From: Octopus sinensis
Lineage: Eukaryota
Direction: 5' to 3'
DNA length: 64,000 bases
Assembly (NCBI RefSeq): GCF_006345805.1
Contig: NW_021833444.1
Coordinates: 8,271-72,270, forward strand
Below are positions 13,543 to 28,999 of this stretch, piece after piece. The translations under genes were made by a program, and so were the position numbers. Position 1 is the first letter of the stretch. The number at the start of each line of letters is the position of its first letter. The notes under the pieces were generated by a model. It searched no databases, had not been told where the DNA came from, and saw nothing but the letters and a program-made list of their open reading frames with translations.

Positions 13543-13878
13543 AATCAAAAGAGAAATTTGCGAAGAGAGTACACATTATACTTCATGACTCCATTTGAGT
13601 ACATACAAAAATATTAAACAAAAGCAACAAAAGAATTTTAAAATGATATAGTTACGACCTTTACGCGTTTCAGTAATAATATACATTTCATTAGGAAAAA
13701 AAACCAGATTACAATACTAAATCTTCAGAAAGTTCTTTTATGATATATATTAGAAATCTATTTATCTAAAAATGAATATTCAGGTAATATTAGTAACTTG
13801 GTAATTTTATATAAATGGACAAGCAAATTAGATTTAAAACTTCACTGTCTTCCCCTCGTGAAAGTTAAGCATGTCAAA

Positions 13879-14063
13879 CTAGTAGTACAGATTGAACTTG
13901 TTCTGAATTGGTTTGCAGCACATGTGGCACTCCTTCAAACTCTCTCCGCACTCTTTGCAAACGGTGTGACCACATTCAAACGCCATATTACGAGGGCGGT
14001 CCATGCAAATCGGACATGTAACCTTTTCTTCCAACTCTTCAATTCTTTTTTTCTGAGGATCAT
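13879..14063 (-). CDS. MIB2: MIB2-like exon 16 (short coiled coil, RING finger 2, stop)
   Basis: (Y)[60 protein letters not shown]; cattccag acceptor; TAG at 13881-13879. Confidence 0.95.
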
Positions 14064-14345
14064 CTGGAATGCAAAATATACAAGAAATATACGTCGACAC
14101 ACCTGAATGAACATCATAGGTGTATATATATACAAAAGTATTTGTTTGCATAAAATACTTTCAGAACAGATAGACAGGCAGATGAACAAAAAAGATTAAC
14201 AGAAAAATAGATAGAATGACGGTGTATGAGATTCCCATTTAGGCATATTGGCAGGACAGGGAAAAGACACACAGGCAGTGCCCTCGAAAGAACAGTTAAT
14301 AGAAGGGAAATAATCGCTTCTTCGTAATGTTTGGTGGGATATAAC

Positions 14346-14418
<73 letters not shown>

Positions 14419-14452
14419 CAACAACAACAACAGCAACAACAACAACAACAAC

Positions 14453-14507
<55 letters not shown>

Positions 14508-16164
14508 TGATTTTTAATCTTACTTATGAAGTTCTAATTTAGCACAATTTCATTCTCTTTGGAAATCGTCTGCATAACACAACTTGATATAAATTAATTA
14601 AAGATTTGTTTCAAATATTTATCGAGAAAATATTTGACAACAAAATAAACAAATTGATATGTAGAATTATCAAACAACAAACAGATAAAGAGACATATTA
14701 ACAGACAGAGAATCAAATAGATAATGTATGCATTAAAAAAATATGACTTACAAATAGCAATTTTGTCGGCTATAAGCACTTTACACTGCAAGCAATGTTG
14801 AACTGGAACTCTTTCGTTGCAGACTTCACAGATCAATACGTGACAGCAAGGCTGGAACAATACAGTGGCCTGTTTAACAGAACACAGCATACACTTTCTA
14901 TTATTACTTTTTGGTTCTTCAATTTGTGCTCCACTTGGTTGTTCCGTTCTACGGAAGAAAAAAAATTAATCAGTTAAGAAAGGGATATTTACTAAAGCAG
15001 ACCAATAGATAAAACTTATTCGAGTATTAAATATTGTAGTTTATATAAATATTTCGTACATTGTATGTAAATAAAAATGGAAACGTCATGTGAAAAAAAA
15101 AGCCTTATAGAAACATTAGTGTATATTGAAGTTTTGGTATTTAAAAGTGTGTGCTATAAAACTCTGATCTTAAACCATGTAGCTGACTTGAAGTACTATG
15201 AGTTCTGGAATGTAAGTCGTCACTTGCCTAGCGTGTGTATATGTGATGGGTAGCAACGAAAGTTCATTAGAACCCTCTAAGTACAAACTTTTCTCAAGTT
15301 ATTTATTCGTACGTAATCGTAAAAAGGAAAGGTCTGTATTTACCTATTTATAGAGAACTTTAACTAGGCGAAGTATAACACTGATTGAGCCGATAACAGT
15401 TACTACTTCAAGGTTTTGTATTAGTGCTAGTATTTACACATAGGGTATAGAGACGTTGAAACACTTATAAAATGTTTTGTTTCACATTTAATATAAATAG
15501 CAAAAAATTTTAATAAATAGAACATTATGGATTTCACTAGTAAGTTTATAAATTATTTAAAAATTAAGTGGGTCGTCATAAACTGGTGTGATAAATAGTG
15601 GGTCGCGACTCTAAAAAGTTTGGGAACCACTGGGTTAGAGTGTCTGTGCCACAGTCAAGGATGTGCAATGAGGATGTAACTAGTTGATATATAAAATTAA
15701 GATTTATAAAAGGAAATCGATTATTGCTCTAACACAAACGGAATGTCACCCAAGATCAGATTTCTGATTGAAAATCATTTCATTTCTTCTTGCTAATAAT
15801 CTCAGACGGGAATCCCATTTTCACAAAGTACTCATAAAATAAAAACGAAATTTTCGGTTTTATCTTCAAAATTTAAGCAGGAGGCAATAAGTTTATTTTG
15901 CGAATGTCCTTGCATACTTACGATAAAGAGGCGACTTTCACCAGCATCTCTATCAATGTTTGATCGCTTATGATGTCCAAAGGCATAACATCTTGACGGT
16001 TTTTATAATAGGGGTTTGCACCTTTATGTACTAAATAACAGGCTATGACCACCTCAGCGCGTTCACTTTCGTCTAATCCAAGCTGAAGTTTAATCTGTAC
16101 ATCCAAGAAAATAGTAAAGAAAAAGTGGGTGAAAGTAAATAATACATTCATACACACACACACG

Positions 16165-16216
<52 letters not shown>

Positions 16217-16224
16217 CATATATA

Positions 16225-16315
<91 letters not shown>

Positions 16316-16401
16316 CATATATATATATATTATATATATATATATATAACTATATTGGTGATGCAAACAGGAAAACAGAACTCAGAATAAGTGTTATATA
16401 T

Positions 16402-16491
<90 letters not shown>

Positions 16492-16513
16492 ATATATATA
16501 TACATATATATAT

Positions 16514-16544
<31 letters not shown>

Positions 16545-16627
16545 CATACATACATATATATATATTATATTATATTATATATATATATATTATATATACA
16601 TACATACATATATATAATTATATATAT

Positions 16628-16701
<74 letters not shown>

Positions 16702-16805
16702 CATATATATATATATATTATATATATATATAACTATATTGGTGATGCAAACAGGAAAACAGAACTCAGAATAAGTGTTATATATATTATATATATATAT
16801 ATTAT

Positions 16806-16837
<32 letters not shown>

Positions 16838-16859
16838 GATATATAATATATATATATAT

Positions 16860-16922
<63 letters not shown>

Positions 16923-16971
16923 CATACATATATATAATATATATATATATATAGATATATAATATATATAT

Positions 16972-17038
<67 letters not shown>

Positions 17039-17265
17039 TATAAAACTATATTGGTGATGCAAACAGGAAAACAGAACTCAGAATAAGTGTTATATATTAT
17101 AATATATACATATGAAAGAATGTTTGAAAATGCAATTTTAAAAGATGTTTATTCACTTGACCGGTTTCACTTTTTTAGAAAAAGATTGTCAAAAGTAAAA
17201 TGTAAAGCTTTGTAAAAGCTTTGTTGTGTTAAGTACTAGTTATCACAACATATTGTAATACATAT

Positions 17266-17320
<55 letters not shown>

Positions 17321-20300
17321 TTTGATTATAATAAGAAAATGTTAAAACGGTTTACAAAGAAAAACTTTGAGAAAATATTAAAAAGTTCATTAAAAATATT
17401 AGGATTTCATTAAAAGTCATGTTTGTTTGGCAGTATCTATATATATATATATATACACAGAAAATTATAAGTCCAAAAAGGTCATATATTGATGGTATAT
17501 ATATATATACACAGAAGGAGATATATTTACCAGTTTACAACGAATTTGAGGTCAGTTCATCTCAAATTTCCACTCGTGCGACATCTTACAACTTTACTTT
17601 GTTATATATATATATATATATATATGGGATAGCGCATGTTTGCGAATCATCTACCAGCCTTGTAATAAGCCCCCATCTCTTCGCTAACACCTTGTCCAAA
17701 TTCTTAAAATTTCTGTTTACCAGAGTTAAGGGCCTAAAGTTGTCGATGACATGACCCTTGTTCGAGTCCTTTCTCAACAGCGTCACTACACCTCGGCTCA
17801 CAGAATTGGGAATCGTCCCGTTCTTTTGCCAATTGCAATATAACCTCTACAACAGATCACCGAACAGGTCTGATATATGAGTATAAAGCTCGAAGAGCAG
17901 ACCATCTAAACTCAACACCTGTTGCTTGTGAAGCTAGACATTGCCTCATCAGTATCTTCGGTTGTTATTGACATTACCATCCTTTCAGTTCCGTTACTAT
18001 CTGCTCAGTCCCAACTCTGTTTATTCAGTCCCATCGCTATCCGTTCTGTCCCAACTCTCTCAGTTCCGTTCTAACTCTATCTCTTCAATAATCCACTACT
18101 ACCCTTCCCCTGTCAGTTAAATATTCAGTTTTATCGTTATCTTTTCAGTCCCACATATACAGACATGCACGAATAAAATTTAGATGTCACTTACGTTTTC
18201 TATTATCTTTAAATCTTCTTTACTAATGCTGACATTTTGCTTTGAGACCGCCAAATGTAAGCAGATATTTCCATCTTCATCTTCGGCATTGACTTTAGCT
18301 CCTTTTGATATCAATAATTCAATTAAACCTATATGTCCCTGCGTCGCAGCCAGAAACAACGGCGTCTGACCACTATTGTTTTTAATGTCTATCTCTGCAC
18401 GGCCCTAAAAAAAATAAAGGCAGACACATTAGTGGTAATAAGTGGCATTGGTGATGGTAATGATGGTAGTGTTTTTGTTAGTAGCGGTGGAGTATGGTGA
18501 TGAGGATAGTGACAGGGATGATTATGGCAACGATAGTGTTGCTGATAGTGGTAGCGTAGAGAGTGACGGTGGTGGAGATGATGAGGATGGTAGGTATAAT
18601 GTAGTGAGTAGCTTTTTCCCAGTTCGAACGTGCCTCAAGCATATTTGGACTGATAATAGCATTACAATTTTATTTATAACTGCTTAGCGCTCTCTCTTTG
18701 TAATTTACTTGTCCAGGCAGCGTACTCGACTGCATGGTTATTAGGCTCATAAATTAACGTCAATGTTTGATTTGTAATTAAATAAAATAAAGTTTAACAG
18801 AAAGATTATAAAACCATCGCTTACCAATGAAAGGAGTGTGTCAGCAACTTCTCGGTGCCCATTCAAAGCAGCAAGATGTAATGCAGTAAAACCATCATCT
18901 TTCTTATCATTAACAATGTGTTGGCATTTTCGAAGAATACTTTCAATTGCACTGAAGAATGATGAAAATATTCGAGACAAAAGTATCATTAGAAAAATAA
19001 TTTAGCTTTGAAGTATTTGACGTATAGAGTTATAACGAGCTTACAAGAAGTATATATGGTGATAAAAGGTAATTTTGTGTTATCGGTTTTAATATAAGGA
19101 GTATAAGTAAATTAGTTAGAAATGCAGATGATGGCTTTGGGTAAAGGAAAATGCAGGAGGATCAGTTGATTATGATTTTATCCAATATATTTCCCTCTCA
19201 GATTTACACACTTATTGCAGTGGTCCTTCAGTTTTTCTGTAAAAGAACTCGATTGGGCCTCTGGCGTTCCCCTTTAAGCTAGGAACTTTTCAGTTTCCCC
19301 TTGTATAAATAGCCAATTGATATATAGAGGTCATAATTTATAGCCACTGAGTTTAAAAGCTCAATTGATAACACCATCATTAAATTCTAATGCAGTAAAT
19401 TATACGTTATTACAATGCAGGCATATACAGATATCGGCTGGCTGAAAAGTTTGCTGAGCGAAACATATCTGCAATAAAAAGTAGAAAAGGCATATATTTT
19501 ATATATAACTACTCATAATTATGAATTCTATGTGAAATCTATACTTTCCTGCTTTTATTCTAAATTTATCGACATACTTCTCTCATTTTCTCGGTATATG
19601 TGTGTGTGTGTGCGCATGTCTGTGTGCGTGTGTGTGTATACTTACATCTATCTATATATTAAAATTGAATTTCTGTTTGTCCGTCAACATTCAAGTAAAG
19701 TCAGCAAATCTGTAAGGAGAAGTCTCACCTTGGTTCAGATTCGAAACTGAATCTTTCAATTTTCCTTCGGCATACGATTTATTCAAACGTCAAAAGGAAC
19801 CGTGATAAATGAGTGTTTCATCTGACCTGTGACCTTTTCAGCGTCTTCGCAACTTCACTCACATGATGAGTCACCTGGATTGTTTTTTTATCAGTCAGCA
19901 TGAAAGTAAAGACAGCAAAAAATGTAGGAATTTTCTGACCCTGGTTCAGATTCGAAACTGAATCTTTCAATTCTCCTTGGGCGTAGGACCAATTCAAATC
20001 TCAAAAAAAAACTTCGAAAAGAACCGTGACAAATGGGTGTTCCACTTGACACGTGGCCTTTTCAGTCTCATCACACATTCACCTAGATTCGGTTGAGCTA
20101 ATGTTCTATATGATATAGCTATTTTCCTAGCTTGTCGGTTCAGATATAAATATACGAAATTCTTTCAGATAGGCAGAGAGAGCCCGACAGTAAAGTAAGA
20201 CGCACGGCACACACAGACAGAACTTGACAGGGAAAGAAAACATCGACACTCCTACAAAAAGACATTTCACATCAACAACATGCATTCCGACTCAAAGATT

Positions 20301-21432
20301 TAAAATAGATTTTATTTGATTATTACATACTGATATTCCTTATCAAAAAATGTCTCCTAAAAAAGGGCATCAAAAAACGAACGCCAAAGAAACGACGTAC
20401 TGCAGAAATAGAAAGTGAGAGACGCGCACGGCTTACAGATGACTGACAAAGAAAGAAAGCTCGACGTGCATCTGAATATATACAAGGGAAGAAATAAGAT
20501 GACACAACACAGATTTGTTTCAGAAGGCTAAAGAATATATTTAAATCGTTATGGTAAAAATATTATACAATATTATACAAAATAAGATCTTTTCTCTACC
20601 CAAATGACCGTTATCGCTGTAGCTTTTCAAACTATGAATGTGAGATACAATTTGAAAGGAGGTGGTCGTCCTAACTGTGGAACATGTCCCAATCTTTTTG
20701 AAGCATCAGATTTCCATTTTAAGCAAGGGCAAAAATTAAAAATTAAGTCCAATTTCACTTACGCCTCTGAAAATTTAAATTTATGTTATCAAATGCCTGG
20801 GAGGCCATAAAAACTGTATAGGCTCCACAGAAATGTCTTCTAGACGTAGATGCACAGTCCACAAACAGCAGATCTTTTTCGCACAATATCGCCAGATACA
20901 TCTCAGCGAACTCATTTACAGATGCGCAGGACAACTGCAACCACAATTCCTAATCTTTCCGTTATATAAATGTGCTGTTTAGATCTCAACACAAGTGTGA
21001 CTAAATGAATGCGGCTTTTATATATCGAAAATATAAGCCAGAAGTAAATATAAATCCATATTGAACATTACACAAGTATCACTAAATAAAGAGGCGACAC
21101 TTTTCGAAAATATAAACCAGAACTAAATATAAATTACAGATTTATCTCCCCTTTACTGAAAAACACCTTGGTTACCAATTATTCCCCACCCACCCAACCA
21201 ATAGAATTTCTCCCTTCCGATTGCATCTAACACTGAAGATTTGAAAAGTTGCATCGCTTGATTAGAGAAAAAAATCTTATTTATTGTAATATTGTATAAT
21301 ACTTTTCCCATAACGATTTAAATATATTCTCTAGTCTCGTAAAACAAATTTGTGCTTTTCATCTTATTTCTTCCCTTGTATATTCAACCACGTACAATCA
21401 CCAACTATACTTTCACACACACATTTATATGT

Positions 21433-21523
<91 letters not shown>

Positions 21524-23601
21524 TTTATTTAAAGCTGCAGAAAATTCAACAAAACCTGTTACTCTGAGTTTCACGTTGCCGTTCATCGGACAGTTTTTGC
21601 TAGAATATATATTATATATATATATATATGCGGATATACACGCTTTACACACACACGTGTGTGTGCCTCTGTGTGTTTGTGTCTGTGTGTACCCAAGTAG
21701 AGTTATAAAGAAATAGATAAAAGGAAACAAGTCTATAATTACGCTGTAAGCAAGCTACAACTAAGAATTCAACCTTATCGGGTAGAGCTGCTTGATCAAC
21801 AAAAGAAAAAAGTGATAAAAAAGGGGAAAATGTGGAGCAGAAAAATATTGCAAATTTCAGTAAAGCAGCGTAGTAAGCGGCAGATTAGAAGTTTGTAGAG
21901 TGGATGTATTGATAACTGTGTTTTGCAGGTAAAAGAGCAATAGTTAAGAGTGGCATAAGCAAGTGATGTGTGTGAAAATATACTGTCCTTCAGAAGGCAT
22001 TAGTAGACCCAGAGTTATGGCTGGAGACGCAATCCCAAGGTGCCGTACAATAGCATTCAACTTGAAACGGCATTGTTGCAAAACAAACGTTTTCGCCTTT
22101 CAGTTATGCTTGTTGCTAAAGTTTGGTTATATTAGTGATGTATTATAATTATAATAATTATAATTATGGTTTAGAAAATTAATAAACCTGAATTAATGAG
22201 AAATATTTAAGTGATGATGATAAACAATAGGCAATATAAATAAACGGGTACATATCTCTTCTTCTTTTACCCGCACGTAAGGGAGACAATTCAGGATTTG
22301 TTTTGGTATTATTGCGAGCTCCATGGTTCCTAAAGTTGTTCTGAAGGAATTACGGGAGAACTGTATGTTTAGGGAGTCCTTTATGCAACTTACGTCCTAA
22401 TCACGTCAAACTGAAGACCTGAAATTTGGTTGACGGAAACATTATAGAAGTTTCCTTGAGTGACTCTTGAGTGATCGTTTTAATATGTTACTATGTGATC
22501 ACTGAGAGTGTTTAACGTAATTTATACTGTTGTTTCGAGTAGTCGAGGCAGCTCTCAGTTTTGAGGAAAACATTGTTTTTTCCCTCCATGAAATCACAGG
22601 CGAACCTTCAGAAGATTCATCAAATTCATCATTTCCTCCCTGCCATCTCTGTCAAAGGTTCGTAAATACCGAAAAGGAGATTTATATTCTAAAGATATTG
22701 GTGTAGAATATATTTGGAAGATTTCTTTGAGTAGAAGCGATTTCATTTTTTTACAATATTTCGAAATAATGCGTTCAAGATTTTCATGCATAACAACAAC
22801 AAAACCCAACAATAACAATAATAATAATAATAATCCTTTCTAGTGGAAACACTAGAAGTACATAATTGGTACTTATTTAATCGACTCCGAAAGGATGAAA
22901 GGTAAAGTCTACCTCGGTGGAATTTGAAATCAGAACGTAGTGACGGGCGAAATGCCGCTAAGTATTTCGTCCAGCGTGCTAGCTATTCTGCCAGCTCGCC
23001 GCTTTAATGATAATGATTTAAATTTTTGCCGCAAGGGTAGCTTGTGGGAGGAGAGTAAGTCAATTATATCGAGCCCAGTGCGTAAATGGTACTTATTTAA
23101 TCGACACCAAAAGGATGAAAGGCCAAATCGACCTGCGCGGAATTTGAACTCAGAGAACGTAGCGACAGGCGAAATACCTCTTTCTTTACTACCCACAAGG
23201 GGCTAAACACAGAGAGGACAAACAAGGACAGACAAACGGATTAAGTCGATTATATCGACCCCAGTGCGTAAGTGGTACTTAATTTATCGACCCCGAAAGG
23301 ATGAAAGGCAAAGTCGACCTCGGCGTAATTTGAACTCAGAACGTAGCGGCAGACGAAATACCGCTGAGCATTTCACCGGGCGTGGTAACGATTCTACCAG
23401 CTTGCCGACTTAATAATGATAATAATAATATTTTTAAAAAAAAATTTTTTTTTTTTTATGTATTAGACATTCACTAGTACAACACCCCAAAAAAACCCCA
23501 AAAAAACAAATATATGGCACAGAACTTCCAACCTGTTGTCTCTTGAGGTCTCTGGGTGAGACTTGGAGCCAACTTGTACAGACATAAAGCAAAAGTCCAA
23601 C

Positions 23602-23665
<64 letters not shown>

Positions 23666-25332
23666 GGATGAGGATGAGGATGATTTCTTTATTTGCCCCT
23701 AGGGTAAAGGAGTAGTGGCACAATACAAAGACAGGCATAAATTGTGAAAGTTTACGTATAATGAATTGATAAGAAAAAACGAGAAAAATACCGGAGGAGG
23801 AAAATCCACTTGCTTGCAATCCATCATCTACACTAACAACATGGTATACAGTAAACCATGGAAGGGAAACAAATATATATAGTATACAACAATGAAAGAA
23901 AAGAAGAAGAAGAATCTTGTGATTGTTGTTTCTCATCCTGGATTTGTTTTTAGTTTTGGTGTTTTATTTTATTAACTGCCGTAGTGGTTCACTGTGTGTG
24001 TATTACGTTTGCTGTTGCAGTTTTTGATTTTCTGGATGCTATTCTTTTAGTAGTAGTGATGGTGGTGGTGATAGCAGAGCAGACATTTCTCTAGCTCCCT
24101 TTTATCGTTGTTGTTTTTGTTGTTTTTGTTTTAGGCAGAGGGCTTTCAAATGAGAGTAAGAGCTACAAGTTTTGAGTCTCGGTTTCCTGCCTCTCGCCAA
24201 GACCTGGAATTGTGCTCTGACCGGCAACTTAATGAGGTCGGGGATCTTGTCCTGAGATTCCGGTTTTACCTGGATCAAAATCTCCAGCCCTATCCCGGAC
24301 CAGTTTTCCATTTGCGACTAACAACAAAATGTCTAATTTTGATGGCACATCTATAATTTTAATCTTGTTTCTTTTTTTTCTAGAATAGAGAACAGGACCC
24401 GACGCTCAGTTTCTATAGAGCGCAACAAATAAATTTCACCAACTGATCACCGTGTTACCCTACTGAACAACCCTACTGATTCAGGAATGCCATGTGGGCA
24501 CCTAATATTCCTCTACTTCCATCATTAGTCTTTAAAAAATAGCTACTAAATGTCCTTTAAATCACACCATACTGCCTTGCCTAAATATAATAAGCTGGAA
24601 TAGTATTAGAAAATATTTTCTTAGATACAGCAATCTGAAAGCAGTTGGGTTGGTGGTTTGCGATGGCTAGACTACATTCGATTATATGTCTAATTGATGA
24701 GAGCAAAAAGGGAGGAACGACACGTTGGATATTGTGTCCCAAATGCAGTATACCTGAACAAAAATGTTGGGAAAACTATTGGAAAATCCTTGATGATAAA
24801 ATTTGTTCAATGCCAATATGAAAAATGAATTAAAGAGTTACTTACAAATTATTTCCCTTGATTGCTGCATGGTGTAATGTATTGAAACCGCGCTTGTTAC
24901 GTATCGTGAAATCAATTCTTGAGTCATTGATTAGCATATCAATGATTTCCTCGTTCTCTTTGCGGATAGCGTCATGTAAAGCAGTGTCCCCTAAGGAATC
25001 CTGAAAATAATTACAATAATGATAATAAGGGTTTCAAATTTTGCCACAATAAGAATTCTTATCGAACTTTACACATGATAGACAAGAATCCGCCTTACCC
25101 ATTCTACACAACACATTTCTTGGATGACAGAACTGAAACTTTAACATTCAATGTCTATTTTTATTTTTATATTTTCCTTTTATACATTCTGCGTCATATC
25201 TAAATTCTTGTATATCTCTCGCTCTCCAGAATAACGTCTAAAAAAGGAACTCTACTAATTCCTTCTGTTGAAGCTCTTTTAACTAGTCTCTCATGATAGG
25301 ATATCATATATTTCTCTGAAACACACACACAC

Positions 25333-25367
<35 letters not shown>

Positions 25368-25833
25368 GTGAAGTAACATAGCGAGGAAAAGAAATCCTTC
25401 AAAGGGGTGCGTTAAACATTCAGTTCACTGGTACATCATTTGGATATCATATAAATATTGGTTTAATTCAATAATGAAGATAAATTAAATATAGAGATAT
25501 TCTGTTGACATTCAATAATTTATTTATATTACAATATTTCATTATATAACATAAAATAAAGCATAACATATGAATAATTATAAAAACCGTAAAAGGCCAA
25601 CAAATGGTTTCGACTCTCTTTTACTCTTTTACTCTTTTACTTGTTTCAGTCATTTGAATGTGGCCATGCTGGAGCACCGCCTTTATTCGAACAAATTGAA
25701 CCCAGGACTTCTTTGTAAGCCTAGTACTTATTCTATCGGTCTCTTTTGCCGAACCGCTAAGTATCGGGAACGTAAACACACCAGCATCGGTTGTCAAGTT
25801 ATGTTGTGAGGGGGGACAAACAAACACACAAAC

Positions 25834-25870
<37 letters not shown>

Positions 25871-26247
25871 CGACGGGCTTCTTTTAGTTTCCGTCTATCA
25901 AATCTACTCACAAGGCTTTGGTCGGCCCGATGCTACAGTAGAAGACACTTGCCCAAGGTGCCACGCAGAAGGACTGAACCCGGAACCAAGTGGCTGGTAA
26001 GCAAGCTACATACTACACACCCACCCCTACGCCTATATATATTTCTTTTTCCTGATATACACAGTTCAGTTATATATAGGTGGCGTATATATAATTGAAC
26101 TGTGATTATGTATATCAGGAAATAGGGATATATATAAGTCAAAACACTTTGTTGACCTTTTACGGTTTTTCTATTTATATAGTATTTAATGTAATATTAT
26201 AACATAAATTATTGAATGTCAATAGAATATCGCTATATCTAATTTAT

Positions 26248-26284
<37 letters not shown>

Positions 26285-26537
26285 AATGAGGGTGAAAGAT
26301 TGATATTAATTTAATAATACCATTAATTTAACACCGAGTGGCTTAGCACAAAAACTACGGAGAAAATACAAATTTATACATAAATTATTAGAGAGTTAAC
26401 CACTATGTGGATAACTCTAGTGCTAAAAATAGCTCCGATAGTATAGCCACAGAAAAAAGATGTTTCCAACTAGAAGTAACATACATTTAACGGAAATACT
26501 ATCGGAGCTATTTTTAGCACTAGAGTTATCCACATAG

Positions 26538-26622
<85 letters not shown>

Positions 26623-26623
26623 A

Positions 26624-26658
<35 letters not shown>

Positions 26659-28129
26659 GTGTATGTATGTATGTATGTATGTATGTATGTATGTATGTAT
26701 GTGCGTTTATGTAATATATTGCATACATACATCCATATATATATATATATATGTATATTGCACACATATATATCACATAAATCCAGACGCGCGCACGCAC
26801 ACACGCATACCCACACACGCGCGCATATATATAACATCATCGTCGTCGCCTTCATCATCATCATCATAGAACCATCGATTAAAATTGGCCCACAGAATTG
26901 AAATATGCTTTTGCCTGTTGGTGCGAGTGGTGGAAAGAGGGACCCTTTCCAGATACTAGCGGATATTGACTAACCTGAATATTAATCGGAGCTGAATGCT
27001 TAACTAACATCCGGACGCACTTGATAGACTCTTTGTTCACTGCTATGTGAAGTGCACTTTGCTTCTTCTTGTTTAAGGCGTCAATTTTGGCTCCCTTTGA
27101 CAGAAGCAGTTCCATTATTTCTGTTTGTTCACTAAAATAAAAAAATGAAAAGAACTCAAACACAAATTGAGGTTAATGAAAGGTATTTTCACATCGGTAC
27201 AAGATGGTGTTGGTGATGGTGGTGATAGTTGTGATGCGGATGACGGTAATGGTGTCATGATGATGATGATGATGATGGTCGTGATCATAGTCATAACAAA
27301 AAAGAAAACAGCAACAAATGAAGACGATAGATTACTTTAAGTAATAATGATTCTGTCTAATTTTAGCGCAAGGCCAAGAATTTTCAAGGGAGATAGAAAT
27401 CGATTACAGCGAAGCTAATATTTTATTGGTATATATTTTATCGAAATTGTTAGGTTGACAGGTAAAGTTGGTGGTGTTTGAACTTAGAACGTAAGTGCCG
27501 GAAGAAATACCACTGGGCGTTTTGTCCGACATGTTTACTCTTCTGCTTGCTTGCTGCCTTAATGATGATAATGATTTCTATTATCAATGGTTGCAAATTG
27601 CTGAGTTAAAAGCAGAAAATGAAGTGTCTTCGTAACTCAAGAATCAACCATTTTCTAAGATTTTATAATTCATACTGATAGAATTATGAAAGCAAATCAC
27701 GCAGTTAGAACAGTAAAAAGCCATATTGATAAACCTTGTGCCCTAATTCTATCCCCAAACAACAGTGTCGCAGACAAAGATCTCAATAAGATACAAAAGT
27801 ATAAAGAGCTCAGTCTGAAGATTGCCAAAATGTGGCAATCTTCTATGATACCTGTTATCATAGGAAAGCTCGGGATAATAAAGTGAGGACCAGAAACATT
27901 CACAGACATGATACCAACAAAACTGTGCTGGATATTGCGCACGTTTTACCAGACGCAGAATCGACATACCACTGTAGGGACGCTTCCGGAAAGAAAATCA
28001 AATACGTTGGAAAATCGATTATAACAGTGACTCGATCTATTCCTAGGGATATCTGAAGAAAGAATTTTTATATTCTGAAATATTATATCAGATAATAATA
28101 ATAATAATAATAATAATAATATAATAATA

Positions 28130-28164
<35 letters not shown>

Positions 28165-28181
28165 TAATAATAATAATAATA

Positions 28182-28219
<38 letters not shown>

Positions 28220-28224
28220 TTAAA

Positions 28225-28255
<31 letters not shown>

Positions 28256-28260
28256 TTAAA

Positions 28261-28315
<55 letters not shown>

Positions 28316-28332
28316 TTAATAATAATAATAAT

Positions 28333-28408
<76 letters not shown>

Positions 28409-28941
28409 CCAACATTATGGAATAACAACAGAAAAAAGATGGTATAGGCACACACCAGAAAAGGTCACAGAAAACGAGAAAGCAACAATACTCTGGGATA
28501 TGCCGATACACACAGATACAGAAATTAAGCCAACAGACCAGAAAAAAATGCTTTCTAATTGATGTATCAATACCAGCAGATGACAACGTGTCTCTAAAAG
28601 AAATGGAGAAACTTTCAAAATACAAAGACCTGGAAATAGAGGTAACCAGAATGTGGAATCTAAAAACAGAAACAATTCCTATCATAGTAGGCGCATTAGG
28701 TATGATAAAAAAAGTATTCAGACAAATACATAACAAAAGCACCAGGACTTACAAATACATATAACATACAGAAAATTGCACGACTAGGCACTGCACACAT
28801 CCTACGCAGAACACTTTCAATACAATAACCATCAGAGCATCACAACAAATCACAGCACATACCCAAGGCACACAGAGCTGCGCTTGGTAGTGAAGTGAAA
28901 GCACACTATAAAAATAAAACTACTGAATAATAATGATGATG

Positions 28942-28999
<58 letters not shown>

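Noticed and set aside
16348-17090. Identical repeats with variable spacers resembling a CRISPR array
   Set aside because: Spacers are pure (TA)n of 265-340 bp, the context is a eukaryotic intron, and there are no cas genes.
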